Shown here: positions 1 to 10,871 of the stretch, one piece after another
How the letters are laid out: the number at the start of each line of letters is the position of its first letter
How positions within the stretch are numbered: position 1 is the first letter of the stretch
IMG/VR virus record: IMGVR_UViG_2643221868_000001
Location: 1-64,000 of that record
Reading direction: 5' to 3' (one strand)
DNA from: an uncultured virus (IMG/VR IMGVR_UViG_2643221868_000001)
Taxonomy: Duplodnaviria > Heunggongvirae > Uroviricota > Caudoviricetes
Length of the DNA: 64,000 bases
Made by a program: the position numbers and the translations under genes
Notes under the pieces: generated by a model
What the model was told of the DNA's origin: nothing
What the model saw: the letters and a program-made list of their open reading frames with translations, nothing else
Database searches by the model: none

Positions 1-759
1 ATGGCGCCCCTCCACGTCATGGCCCTGTCCGGCGGCAAGGACAGCACTGCGCTCGCGCTTCGGATGGCCGAGCTCGGCATGCCGATCGACCACTACGTCA
101 TCACCCCGACCGGAGACGAGCCGGCGGCGATGATCGCCCACTGGCGCAAGGTTGCCGAACTGCTGGGCAAGCCGCTGACCGTCGCATCCCAGGGCAAGAG
201 CCTTGCTGGCGAGATTAAGCGCCAGGCCATGCTCCCAAACCATCGAGCGCGGTGGTGTACCCGTATCCTGAAGCTCGATCCCTATTACACCTGGATGCGC
301 GCCCACTCGCCCTGCATCTCGTATGTCGGGCTTCGGGCCGACGAGGGCGATCGCGTAGGGATGATCTTTCCGGAAGAAGCCGGGGTCCAGGTTCGCTTTC
401 CGATGAAGGAATGGGGCTGGACGATCCAAGACGTCTACGCCTACCTCGACCAGCGCGGCGTCACGATCCCCGATCGGACAGACTGCAACAACTGCTTCTG
501 GGCACGGCTCGGCGAGCTGTACGTCCTGTGGCGCGACGACCGCCAGTCCTTCGATCTCGGCGCCGATCTGGAGGACTTCGTCAGCGAGGCCCGCGGCAAG
601 CCCTACACGTTCCGCTCGCCGCAACGAGACGCATGGCCAGCCGGCCGTAGAGCGCTCGGGGCTGAGTTCGCGCGAGGTCGCGTACCGACCCGATCGCTCG
701 CCAGGATGGAAAAGGACAAGCGCCGGGAGGTCGGATCATGCCGCGCGTGCACGCTGTGA
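1..759 (+). CDS. Phosphoadenosine phosphosulfate (PAPS) reductase-family protein, phage type
   Basis: PP-loop SGGKDS, RWCT..LK, VGLRADE..R, FPMKEWGW and C-terminal CxxC motifs; may start upstream of the window. Confidence 0.75.
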   Translation: MAPLHVMALSGGKDSTALALRMAELGMPIDHYVITPTGDEPAAMIAHWRKVAELLGKPLTVASQGKSLAGEIKRQAMLPNHRARWCTRILKLDPYYTWMRAHSPCISYVGLRADEGDRVGMIFPEEAGVQVRFPMKEWGWTIQDVYAYLDQRGVTIPDRTDCNNCFWARLGELYVLWRDDRQSFDLGADLEDFVSEARGKPYTFRSPQRDAWPAGRRALGAEFARGRVPTRSLARMEKDKRREVGSCRACTL

Positions 760-1790
760 TTAAGCGCCCAATCCCATTCGACGAGGTCGTGGATAAGCTC
801 CGAGAGTACCTCATGAACGCTGAGACCGAAGGCGGCGAGTCGTGGCGTGATCGGTTGGATAATGCGCTTGCGGATCTTCGTGTCGAGCTTTGCACGGAAG
901 AGGATTCCGACGCCGAGACTGCTTTCCGCCTCAACGATCCCACCACCTCGGAGGCCGCAGCATGACCGCCCTCTCTCTCCTCCTCGCCGCAGGCTTGGGC
1001 CTGAGCCTTCCCGCCAACAGTGGGGGGATGTGAAGATGGACCAGAAACCAACCGACCATCCATCGCTATCCGAGATCGCCGCCCACATCCCCCTTGGCTT
1101 CGAATGCCGGGGCTGCGGCGGGTCCGCCTTCAACTGGGTCCAGAAGTGCGCCCGCTACGCCGAGACCGGCGAGGGCTGCTGCGCGGACTTCCGCGAGTGG
1201 GTCCGCAAGGCCAAGGCCGGCGAACCGAACATCGAACAGAAGCGCGAGGAGCGGAAGCGGATGCCCTTCATCGGCCTGCCGCTCGGCAACGGGGAGTGGG
1301 TCTGATGGACGGTATCCGCATCGAAATGAGCGACTGGCTGCAACCGAACGGAGCCGCGCTACGCCGCCATCCCCATCCTGGGCCTCCGGTGCTGGTTAAG
1401 ATTGGCAGCGTCGCCGAGGTGATGGAAGCCTACCGGCCCGGCGATCTTGTGCTGGTTGGCGAGAACGTCTGGCATGGCCTTCAGGCCCAATTCGCCAAGA
1501 ACGTCACGCCAGATCGGGCACTCTCCCCCCTCCCCGCCGCTCAGGGAGGACGGTGAAATGACCGTAGATCCTCGCTCCATCGCCGCAGCTTACCACGAGT
1601 ACAGCCGGTCTAGCGGAGGGCTGCCGTGCCTTCTCCCCCAGGCCGCCGTTGCTGAGATCATCGAGGCGGTTCACTCGGTTGCCAGGAAGCACCAACGCAG
1701 CCGCGAAATCCAGATGCGGATACGGAAGGCTCTTCGGGATCGGAAGCCCCTCGCCCTCCCCGCCTCCGCAATTGAGGGAGGGACGGAGCC

Positions 1791-2042
1791 GTGAGCGAGC
1801 CAGAACCGATGGAAAAGAAGCTCGACAGCCTCACGATGCTTCGCGCGTTTCAGGGCGCCCGCCGCCTCGCCAAGCGCAAGCGCGATCCGAACTGGGTCTT
1901 CGCGGTGGAGATGTTCGGCCTCGGCAGCACCTACGCTTGGGCGATGTGCAAGCGGATGGGCGTCGATCCGGACAGCACGTCAGCGGCCCCCCTCCCCCTC
2001 GCGGGATGCACGAACGACCTCTTGGGAGCGGGACGGGGATGA
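1791..2042 (+). CDS. Hypothetical phage protein
   Basis: Coupled GTG start after GGAG; NWVFAVEMFGLGSTYAWAMC segment looks protein-like. Confidence 0.55.
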   Translation: MSEPEPMEKKLDSLTMLRAFQGARRLAKRKRDPNWVFAVEMFGLGSTYAWAMCKRMGVDPDSTSAAPLPLAGCTNDLLGAGRG

Positions 2043-2223
2043 GTGAGCCGAGCGCAGAGGAACGCATCTACGGACTGTTGTGGGGCGTCACGACCGAGGA
2101 CCGGAGGGTCCACGAGGCCCGCAAGATCGCCCTCGCTCAGATCACCAAGGATGGCCAGCGCCGAGGCATCCAGTGGGCGAACGAGCAACTCGGCCAACCG
2201 AAATCAGGATGGGAGACACAGCG

Positions 2224-2523
2224 ATGAGCGTCGGCGGCAGACTGATCGAAATCCTTCCCGTTCGGCTACCCGAAAGCGGACGGGAGGTGGTTCGCCTGTG
2301 GGTGGTGGATCGCCCTCACGGCTCGCCAGGTATGGCGGACGAAACCTGCGTCTACGCCGAGCCCCAGACCAGCATGCCGGAGATCGGCGACGACATCTGG
2401 TGGCAGGCCGGGGCGATCTACTTCGACGGCGACCAGCAGCACCTCAAGAAGGTCGGCTACTCGTTCTCCCCCTCCCCGGCGCAGGCCTCGGGCTCGCGAA
2501 AGACGGAGAGTGACCATGCCTGA
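2224..2523 (+). CDS. Hypothetical phage protein
   Basis: ATG at 2224 after GGGAGA; in frame with ORF 2080..2523. Confidence 0.5.
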   Translation: MSVGGRLIEILPVRLPESGREVVRLWVVDRPHGSPGMADETCVYAEPQTSMPEIGDDIWWQAGAIYFDGDQQHLKKVGYSFSPSPAQASGSRKTESDHA

Positions 2524-2837
2524 GCGCTGCGAAAACTGCCGCTTCAGCAAAGCGTATCCTTACATGGGAGAGGAGGCTTTGTTCTGTCGGCGATACCCAC
2601 CGATTTCTGGCCCATCGCCGCACCCAGACACCCGGCATGAGAACTGGTGCGGCGAGTATCAACCGAGAAAGCCAAGCGCTGGCACTGGAGCGGCTTCGCC
2701 TAGCCCGCCGCCCTCATTTTCTCATGGTCGACGCGGCGTCGTTGTCGGTGCGCCTCGTCGAAGCGTCATTGTGGAGCGACCCTGACCATGCCTGAGCGCA
2801 GACCGATGGTGCTGGAGCCTCTGCGGAGGATGGGGCG

Positions 2838-3401
2838 ATGAGTGCGGGCGTGCAACTGATCCTGCCACCCCTACGACGCACGGCTGCCGATGCCGAACGG
2901 TTCGCCCGCGTCGTTCACGCCGGACAGTTCGACAAGGCGGGCCAACCGTACATCCGGCACTTGGAGCGGGTGGCCGCGAGAACCGAACGGTATTTCGCCG
3001 CCCATTTCGAGCATCGGCTGAGGCGCTGGGACGAGGCCATCCAGCTTGCATGGCTCCACGACATTCTTGAGCCCGATCCGCGTCCGTTTGGACCGGTGAC
3101 GCGCGAGCGACTAGAGCAAGAGGGCTTCGACGAGGACGTCGTGGTCAAGACTGTCTTCCTTGGGCAACCCCCATCGGGTGGTAGTTACCTTGAGAAGGCC
3201 CAGACCTTCGCCATCTGGTACAGCACCGACCTTCACACCCTCCTCGTCAAGATCGCCGACGTCGAGGACAACTCCGACCCGGCCCGCCTGGCGCATCTGC
3301 CGGCTGAGACCCGAGCGCGTTTGGAGAAGAAGTACGGCGCCGCGTTGCCCGTCCTGAAGGCTGCGGCCGAGCGATTAGGGTGGAAGGAGATCACCAGATG
3401 A
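2838..3401 (+). CDS. HD-domain phosphohydrolase (RelA/SpoT-type HD)
   Basis: HAGQFDKAGQPYIRH, AWLHDILE and VKIADVEDN motifs. Confidence 0.8.
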   Translation: MSAGVQLILPPLRRTAADAERFARVVHAGQFDKAGQPYIRHLERVAARTERYFAAHFEHRLRRWDEAIQLAWLHDILEPDPRPFGPVTRERLEQEGFDEDVVVKTVFLGQPPSGGSYLEKAQTFAIWYSTDLHTLLVKIADVEDNSDPARLAHLPAETRARLEKKYGAALPVLKAAAERLGWKEITR

Positions 3402-3781
3402 GGGCCAACAGCTACGTGAAATGTGACGCCTGCGTACACTGGGAGGTGCAAAGCTGGTGTGGCCGCTTCGGCAAATGCACAATCACTCTGCCGCCTTGGG
3501 TATCGGAAAAGCCGGTGGCCGATGGGGACGACGAACGCGAGACATGCGAATGGGATGGTTGCGATGTCGGCCATCCGAAAGCCTTGGAGACTGCAGCTGC
3601 AACCTTGCCCGCCGAGGCTCAGCGCCTACCCTAACCGCATGGACACCCCCACCGACCTACGCGCCACAGCCGCCCGCCTCGCCACGATGACGGACAGAGG
3701 CGCCTACATCCCCAAGGATCAGGTTGGGCTGTATGCTGAGGCGCTGAAGGCCTTGGCCGAGAAGCGGGAGAGGGAGAAGCG

Positions 3782-4114
3782 GTGAGCGACGAAGGCCCGC
3801 CCTGGCGCGAGCTCACGTCCGATGAATACGGCCCGCGCAACTTCCCCGACAGCAAGGGTGGCGCGGCTTGGGTCGCATCATCGGAGTGCCTGCGCGGCCT
3901 CCTCCAGCGCCAGCACGACGGCGAGTTCCGGCTGAGGCTGATCCTGCGCGAGTCAGCGGACTTCCGGAACTTCCCCGGCCGCGATCCGAACTGGAAGGGC
4001 GATTACGATTGGGGTCCAGACCTCGCCTTATGCTGCGCCGAGATCTGGATTGAGCGGAAGAACGGCCGGCGGAAGAGGGTCGACACGATGAGCACGCGGC
4101 CGATGCCCTGGTGA
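3782..4114 (+). CDS. Hypothetical protein
   Basis: Coupled GTGA start; typical codon pattern. Confidence 0.5.
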   Translation: MSDEGPPWRELTSDEYGPRNFPDSKGGAAWVASSECLRGLLQRQHDGEFRLRLILRESADFRNFPGRDPNWKGDYDWGPDLALCCAEIWIERKNGRRKRVDTMSTRPMPW

Positions 4115-4117
4115 GCC

Positions 4118-4327
4118 CTAAACCGGCTCGGACACGGCTGGCAGGCCCAGCCATTCGAGCGCCGCGTCGAACGATCTGAAAAGACGCTGCCGGATTGTCC
4201 CCGCTTCCTCAAGCAGCGAGACCCGCCAGCTCGACTTGCCTTCCTCTCGCGCCAGATTGCCGACGACCTCGCCACCCTGGATCAGGTGATGCTCGTCGGG
4301 TCCGATGCGGTAGAGGCTCAGGGACAT
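4118..4327 (-). CDS. Small hypothetical protein
   Basis: ATG start; part of a three-gene - strand island. Confidence 0.5.
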   Translation of the reverse strand: MSLSLYRIGPDEHHLIQGGEVVGNLAREEGKSSWRVSLLEEAGTIRQRLFRSFDAALEWLGLPAVSEPV

Positions 4328-4447
4328 GGCTTCCTGACCGGCACCTTGATCGTCACCAGCTTGCCCGAGATCGGATCGAAAACGGTGAGCGTCATGGTGG
4401 CCTCCGGGCGTAGTCCGAAAGATGCCGGGGGAAGGGTTAACGAGGGG

Positions 4448-4684
4448 TTAACCAAAGCCCAGGACGGCATCCAAGCCGCGCTCGTAGCCGAGTTGCATGA
4501 CGACCCGGTACTCCTTCGGCTGGTCTCGGACGATAGCGGAATTGACCTCTGGCAGTGGGTTCTTCATCGCGTAGACGGCGTGCCGCGCTCGGATCATGTA
4601 CCGCTCCGCATCCGCCGAGAAATCCTCGTCGAAGGCCTCCGCGATGGCGCGGGCGACACGTTCAAGCATTACTGTGTCTGTCAT
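4448..4684 (-). CDS. Small hypothetical protein
   Basis: ATG at 4684 after GAGGGA; MLERVARAIAEA start typical of phage ORFs. Confidence 0.5.
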   Translation of the reverse strand: MTDTVMLERVARAIAEAFDEDFSADAERYMIRARHAVYAMKNPLPEVNSAIVRDQPKEYRVVMQLGYERGLDAVLGFG

Positions 4685-4688
4685 TCCC

Positions 4689-4874
4689 TCACTCCCCCGA
4701 ACCGGGCTTCGGCTTGCGCTCGCGGCGCTTGAGTTCGGCTTCGACGGCAAGATCAATGGCCTGACGGACGAACGACGCGCGATCCTTGTCGCCACGCACC
4801 TCGTCGATGCGGGCATTCGTGCCGGGCTTCAGCCGCAGCAGCACCTTCTCGAATTCGTTCTTCGGCCGCGCCAT
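4689..4874 (-). CDS. Ribbon-helix-helix (Arc/CopG-like) DNA-binding protein
   Basis: 61 aa; beta strand VLLRL followed by helices ARIDEV and RASFVRQAI. Confidence 0.65.
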   Translation of the reverse strand: MARPKNEFEKVLLRLKPGTNARIDEVRGDKDRASFVRQAIDLAVEAELKRRERKPKPGSGE

Positions 4875-4888
4875 CGGACGGCTTGGAC

Positions 4889-4990
4889 GGGATATCTCTG
4901 AACTCGTCAAGTTAGGCCGCATTCCACTCGCTTCCGAGATATCTCGGATTGTGTTCTACCACGGCGCACGGTAGGATGCGAGATATCTCG
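4889..4990. promoter_or_regulatory. Three GAGATATCTC palindromic operators in a divergent promoter region
   Basis: Perfect TCCGAGATATCTCGGA at 4933-4948, CGAGATATCTCG at 4979-4990, GGGATATCTC at 4889-4898; TTGACG on the - strand at 4905-4910. Confidence 0.65.
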
Positions 4991-5001
4991 GAAGGAGCGA
5001 A

Positions 5002-5586
5002 GTGATGGGCCGTGAAATTCGTCGAGTGCCCCCGAACTGGTCTCACCCGACGCAGATGCGCTTCGGATGGGGCATGGGCGAAGGCTGGCATTCGAAGCTC
5101 TCCTATGTGGCCCTCCACGATCAGACCTACGCTGAGGCGCTAGCGGAATGGGAGGCCGACAAGGCTCGGTGGGATGCTGGCGAGCGCCCCGAGTACGCGT
5201 CCGAAGAAACGACGTTTGAGGGGTATTACGGCAAGCAGCCGGACCCGAAGCGCTACCGCCCTTTCAGCAATGAGGAGGCGACGTGGTTTCAGCTTTGGGA
5301 GACCGTGAGCGAGGGCACTCCGGTCTCACCACCGTTCGCCACCCTTGAAGAACTGGCCGCCTACCTCGCCGAATGGGGCGACTTCTGGGATCAAAGCCGC
5401 GCAGTCAGAGCAATGCTCGCTGCTGATATCGAACGGCTCTTGGTAGAGACCGACCATCAACATCAGTTCAAGGCTGGCTGGGGCAAAGAAGCCGCCGACG
5501 CATTCTGCAAGTCGGGCTGGGCGCCTTCGATGGTGATCCGCGACGGCGAAGTGCTGACCAACCCCGGCGAGATGGTGAGGGTCTGA
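5002..5586 (+). CDS. Hypothetical phage protein
   Basis: AAGGAG RBS; MGREIRRVPPNWSHP and QLWETVSEGTPVSPPF segments look like a conserved phage family. Confidence 0.65.
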   Translation: MMGREIRRVPPNWSHPTQMRFGWGMGEGWHSKLSYVALHDQTYAEALAEWEADKARWDAGERPEYASEETTFEGYYGKQPDPKRYRPFSNEEATWFQLWETVSEGTPVSPPFATLEELAAYLAEWGDFWDQSRAVRAMLAADIERLLVETDHQHQFKAGWGKEAADAFCKSGWAPSMVIRDGEVLTNPGEMVRV

Positions 5587-8500
5587 TGGCCTGCAACTGC
5601 ATTGCCAAAATCGACGAGATGTTCGCGCCCTTGAACGGGCAGATCGGCACGCGCTTCACGGCTGACAGCACGGGCTTCAAGCAGACGGCCATGCTCGTCG
5701 TCGAGAAGGTCAATCCGCGCGGAAAGAAGCCGCCGGGCCTCCTCGCCAAGTTCTGCCCGATCTGCGGGACTGCCTACGAGCCGCCTGAGACGGTACCGCT
5801 GGAGGATGCCAAATGACCGACACCCTAGGCGACGCCCTCCCGCGCGAGATGACCCGCGTCCGCGACAAGGTGCTACCGGCCTACCTCACGATCCCCGAAG
5901 GCATCTTTGCCGCGACCATGATGCGGGCCTCGCTCGACGCCGCTCAGAAGGCCCTGGCCGAAGGCGATACCGTCGCGATGATCGGGTGCTTGGAAGACCT
6001 GCGGGGGTACGAGCTGTGAAACGCATCCCCATCAGCGCTGCCCGCCAAATCGCCGAGGCCTATGGCTACGATCAGGTCGTCATTTACGCGCGCAAGGTTG
6101 GTGACGACCCAGTGCCCCACGGCGAGCACATGACGACCTACGGCGCGAACAAGGAGCACTGCTCCGTCGCTTCCCGGATCGCCGACACCCTTCAGACCTT
6201 CATGGGCTGGAAGCCTGCCACCAAGGATATCGCGTGATGGAGATCAATAACACCGAGAAGCACGAACGCGTGCTCTACGCCCATCTCCGGCGGGGCCAAC
6301 TCGATGCCCTGATCGAGAAGGCCGTGGCCGAAGCGTCCGGCATTTCGGTCGAGACCATCCGCAAGCACGGAAAGGTCGAGATCGAGAAGAACATGGAGGG
6401 CTCACCCTCCTACCACAGCGGTTACACGGCGACCGTCCGCGCGACGATACCGCTCTCGGAACTTGGAGAGGAGTTGCCGTGAGCGAGCAATACGAAAAGG
6501 CCCGTGCCATCGCAGAGGGTGCCGCCAATGGCTGGGACAAGTTCTCAGATACGGCAGGCGTCGCGCGGCTCGCCGACCAGATCAACCGTGCGATTGGCGA
6601 TGCGGTCGCCAACGAGGTCCGGCAGCGCGACGGCTGGAAGGCGCTTTACGAACAAACCGATCCGAACGCCCCGAGCGAGCTGTGCAACTGCCGGATCGGC
6701 GATTGCACGCGGGTGACGGTTCGATGCCGGGAGTTCGCACGATGACCAGCCGCACCAAGCTCGCCGACGCCCCGACCCAACAGGGCTGGATATTGGATCA
6801 ACGCCTAAATCGGATAGTCGTCATCCGCGTCTTTGTCTCAACGTGGATTGAGCAGGGGGAACGCTGGTGAGCGCCCAAGACAAGGCCGATGCCGCGCCGC
6901 TTATCGCCGAAGCAGACCGCTTGGAACGGTTGGCCGACGAAATGGCGGCGGATAGCACCCGGCATTGTGGCGGCACCGCAGAGAAGATGCGCGGACTGAA
7001 ACAGGCTCATCTCGTCAAGATGGAAGCGCAGGCTTTGCGGGAGAAGGCAGAGAGGTTGGCGTCATGAAGAAGCGCACCCCTCTCGACACCCCCTAACCCT
7101 CACCTCGGGCATCCGGCGGGAGAAGAGGAACAGGACGATGAGCAACCTAATCAACGAACTCTACGAAATCGCCGAACAATTCTCGGCCGATGAGTATTCA
7201 GAGGAAGCCGAACTGGTACGGGACGCGATTGAGGAGATCGAGAGGCTGCGGGCAGTGATCGCAACGGCCGCATCGGCGGAGGCTGCGACCGAGCCCTGCG
7301 ACTGCAAGATTGGTGACTGCAAGCGCATCACGCGCCGCTGCGTGGAGAGTGAGCCCATCCCCTAACCGCCCCCTCTCCAAGCTGGAGGCGCTGAGTTTCG
7401 TCGTGGTGGATCAAGGAGGGGAATGGTGATGAGCGAGACAAACGCAATGGTTGAAACGGTGGCCCAGGCCATCAGCGGAGCGCCGTTCCCGTCGAAGGCG
7501 TCCTACGCAAAGGCGCGGAAAGTGCTCGCCGCAATGCGCGAGATGAAGATGGTGGTTCGGCAAGACGGTGATGTCGTCCACATGCTGTGTGGCGAGCCTG
7601 ACGAGATGTGGAAGTCGATGATTGATGGCGCCCTTGCGGCTCCGCCGACCACCACCCCAGGCTGATCCGCCCGGCGGAGGGGAGAAAGAAACGATGCGAT
7701 ATGTGGTTCTAGGCACGAACAATGATGGCGGGCGAAACGCGACGATCCATTCGACGCTCGACGAGGCGAAAGATGCGGTTCGCGCCTATCTGCTTGATCC
7801 TGAGAATGATCCGACGCCGACCGAGGACGATGCTCGCCGGATCGACGGCGAACTCTCCATCATCAACGGCTCGTATGTGGATGGCATTCGCGGGGCGGAC
7901 GAATGGAAGGAATGGATCTACATCGCCCCGGTCAACGAGTAGCCCCTCCCCGCCCTGACGGCGGCCGGGCTTGAGGAGAAGACGCGGATGGCCATGACAG
8001 TCGGCGAACTCATCGCTTGGATGGCAGCGGGGGGCTGTGATCGGGATCATCGTCGTCCGGCTACTGTCGGCGCCGTATCTGATCTGGAAAGCGGACCAAG
8101 CTGAAATCGCGAGGCTGAAGGCGCTTCTGGAAGAGGACCGCCCGGCCTAAGCCAGACGACGCGTGAGGAGGTGAGGATGTTCGGTTGGATCAAGATGCAG
8201 GCCGCCCGTAAGGTAAAACACGCCCCGTGTCCGTGCTGTCATGGCGAAGCGCCGCAAAAGGGCATGCAGAAAGGTTTCCTGTGGCTCTGGCGGGATCAAA
8301 CCGGTGCGACGCTTGGGTGGACCGGTTATCCTGAAGTCTGCCTGACCAGCGGGTACGCTTGTGAAGCATGCGGCGAAACGTACGAAGTGAGCAGCAACTA
8401 TGTGCCTGGCTATGGCGTCAAAGACGAAAAAGGCTGGCCTCTAACGAGCGCTGGGGAGCGGATGCCGATCTCTGGGCAAACGCCATATCGCGAGCGAGAT

Positions 8501-8658
8501 TTCATGCCAGCACAACCAATCCCCGGATGGGCTTGAGCCCAAACGAAATCGGCCCCGCCCAGCCGAAGCTGAACGAGGCCATTTGCAACACCAATGCAGG
8601 GCGAGGCGGCAGTACGTAAGGAATCCTTACCAACTGGCCGGCCGCGAAACGAACTAAC

Positions 8659-8695
8659 AAAAAGACCCCGCACCAGCTTTCGCCGGGCGGGGTCT
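8659..8695 (-). terminator. Rho-independent terminator ending the late operon
   Basis: AGACCCCGC (8663-8671) / GCGGGGTCT (8687-8695) stem with a T-run on the - strand. Confidence 0.65.
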
Positions 8696-8747
8696 CTCGT
8701 GCTCTCAGGACGACCGACAGGCGCGGTAGCGCGTCGGGTGGGGGCGC

Positions 8748-9332
8748 CTACGCTGGCGATGCTCCAGGCGCGGCAGCTGATCCGGTCTGGAAGAAGTCCG
8801 AGATGTACGGCCGGGTGCGTTCGAGGAGCGGCCCAATATCCGGACGGCTCCATAGGAGCGCCAGGACGAGCAGGACAGCCCCTCCGAGCCCTACTCCCAT
8901 CGCCAGACGGTTCTTCCTCGGGACCACGCCGTCAACCGCACCAGGCGCACTGATGTGGAGAACGGCGGCGACCACCGACAGAAGCCGGATCGGCGCGTAG
9001 ATCTCCGAGTTCACGAACCACGCCGGCATGCCCGACAGGCGAAAGATCACCGCGAGGATGGCCTGCCCGTCGGTCGAGAGCCAAGCGAGGACGATCCCCA
9101 CGATGAGGAAGTCCGTCCGCTTCGGCTGCTTCGCTCTGATCGCGGCCCACGCGTCCCGGCCGTAGATGTAGACCACCATCGTCGCCGCAGCTGCCTGCAG
9201 CACGCCGATGGCGATATTCATGTCCGAGTTGGGGACGAAGGCGTTGATGACACCGTAGACGATGGCCAGGAACAGCACCGTCAGCCAGATCGCACCGCGG
9301 ATCTGCTCCGGTCGGTCGTCGTTGTAGATCAC
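8748..9332 (-). CDS. Multi-pass membrane protein in the lysis region
   Basis: About five hydrophobic segments; coupled to the upstream ORF. Confidence 0.65.
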   Translation of the reverse strand: MIYNDDRPEQIRGAIWLTVLFLAIVYGVINAFVPNSDMNIAIGVLQAAAATMVVYIYGRDAWAAIRAKQPKRTDFLIVGIVLAWLSTDGQAILAVIFRLSGMPAWFVNSEIYAPIRLLSVVAAVLHISAPGAVDGVVPRKNRLAMGVGLGGAVLLVLALLWSRPDIGPLLERTRPYISDFFQTGSAAAPGASPA

Positions 9333-9643
9333 GATCCTGCATCCCTGCTGCTCGGGCGCTCCATTCCACGGAGCATGTCGTCCACGAGGCTCCTCGCCTC
9401 GCTGGTCTGGCCCGGTCGCGCTTTCTCGCGCTGCGCGTTGGTCCGCGCCCGGATGCGGCCGCTCTCGGCTCGAATTTCAGTGAGATCTCGGCGGGCTGCA
9501 GCCTTCACGCCTTGTGACTCCTCGGCTGTGCCGCGCTGTGCCGAGAGCATTCCGGCGACAGCGTGTTTGAGCCGAGTGGACTGATCCTCAGGGGGATGGT
9601 GCCGAGGGAAGAAGGTCATCATGATGCGCTCCCACCAGGTCAT
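9329..9643 (-). CDS. Hypothetical lysis-region protein
   Basis: Coupled overlaps on both sides. Confidence 0.55.
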   Translation of the reverse strand: MTWWERIMMTFFPRHHPPEDQSTRLKHAVAGMLSAQRGTAEESQGVKAAARRDLTEIRAESGRIRARTNAQREKARPGQTSEARSLVDDMLRGMERPSSRDAGS

Positions 9644-10059
9644 GGAGCGCCCCCGCTTCGACCGCGGAGCATGTCGCGCAGATCGCGCACCATCTCCACG
9701 AGGCCGGTGGCCATTTGGCTCGTATTGGCGAAGCCGTGCCTCGCATCCTGGGCCGTGCGCTCGACCTGATGAGACAGGTCCGACAAGGCCTGCGCCCTCG
9801 CGCCGAGCGTGGCCTCGACGCCGCGGAGCGCTTCCTTGAGATCACCGTGCGCGTCACGAGCGCCCTCGATGACCGTAATCATCGCCCGCTGCTCAGCCAG
9901 CCGCTCGGCATGGAGCTTCTGGATATCCTTGTAGAGGTGTCGGATCACGGCCAGCAGCACGACGATGAATAGGGCCAGGGCTACGCAGGTCGCGCCGAGC
10001 GTGCCCTGGCTCAGGTAGAAGTCGGCCGTCTTTTCGGCCGTGGCTTGCACGTTCGGCAC
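9640..10059 (-). CDS. Membrane-anchored coiled-coil protein (holin- or spanin-like candidate)
   Basis: One N-terminal TM segment followed by a heptad-rich helix; lies downstream of the endolysin. Confidence 0.55.
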   Translation of the reverse strand: MPNVQATAEKTADFYLSQGTLGATCVALALFIVVLLAVIRHLYKDIQKLHAERLAEQRAMITVIEGARDAHGDLKEALRGVEATLGARAQALSDLSHQVERTAQDARHGFANTSQMATGLVEMVRDLRDMLRGRSGGAP

Positions 10060-10070
10060 GCGTCGGAACC

Positions 10071-10754
10071 CTACTTACCGGGCAGCTTTGCGATGGCCGG
10101 CAGAAGCACGTTCGTCTCGTTCGCCTCATCCACGAGATTGAGCTTGCGGAAGATGATCTTGGCCAGGCCCTCGGGACCGCCGGCCGCAGCAAGTGCCTTC
10201 GCCGGAGCGGCATCGACTGCGTACTGGATCGCTTTGGCGATGACGGCCGAGCCCACCGGGATGGACAGCTTGCCTTCCTTCACAGCCCCAGGGACGGCGT
10301 TCACAGCGTACTCGGTGACGGCGTTCGCCATCTGCTCCACGCGCTTCTGCGTGAGGAACAGGGCGGCCCAGGGATAGACCTTCGTCACAGCTTGGATGAG
10401 GAACCCGCCGAGGACCGGCACGATCACGGCGGTGAAGAGGTTGGCGGCGGCGAGGAGCCATTCGCCATACGGGAGGATGACGGCAGTCGTCGGCACGGTG
10501 GCGACGACTTCAGCGGCCAACGCGACGCCGGACAACAGCATCATCGACAGGCAGGCCATCGCCGCCGTCGCACGCGCGTGTTTGGCGAACACGGCGACGA
10601 CCATGAACAGGATCGCGCCCACGCTGCCGAGGATGGCGGCATTGGCGTAGCTGGACGAGGGCGGGTAGCTCGCCGGCAGATCGATGTGGCCCATGGCGAA
10701 CGTGGGCGAGACGGCACAGGCAAACGCCAGCGCCGCGAGGGAAAAGCGGGTCAT
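10071..10754 (-). CDS. Putative holin / membrane protein
   Basis: Several TM segments; directly downstream of the endolysin. Confidence 0.5.
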   Translation of the reverse strand: MTRFSLAALAFACAVSPTFAMGHIDLPASYPPSSSYANAAILGSVGAILFMVVAVFAKHARATAAMACLSMMLLSGVALAAEVVATVPTTAVILPYGEWLLAAANLFTAVIVPVLGGFLIQAVTKVYPWAALFLTQKRVEQMANAVTEYAVNAVPGAVKEGKLSIPVGSAVIAKAIQYAVDAAPAKALAAAGGPEGLAKIIFRKLNLVDEANETNVLLPAIAKLPGK

Positions 10755-10871
10755 GATGATCTCACGATGTGGGAGGGGGTGGTGACGAAAGCGCTATGGG
10801 AATGCCCATAACGTAACAAAATCACTGGGTTAGGGTGGTGTCGAACTACCGCAAAATCCTCGGTAGTTGCT

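Larger units (their letters stand above)
738..8536 (+). other. Array of about 25 small, tightly overlapping phage early/accessory genes
   Basis: Consecutive 60-190 aa + strand ORFs with ATGA/GTGA overlaps (e.g. 1791, 5586, 5813, 6234, 6479), many Cys-rich. Confidence 0.75.
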
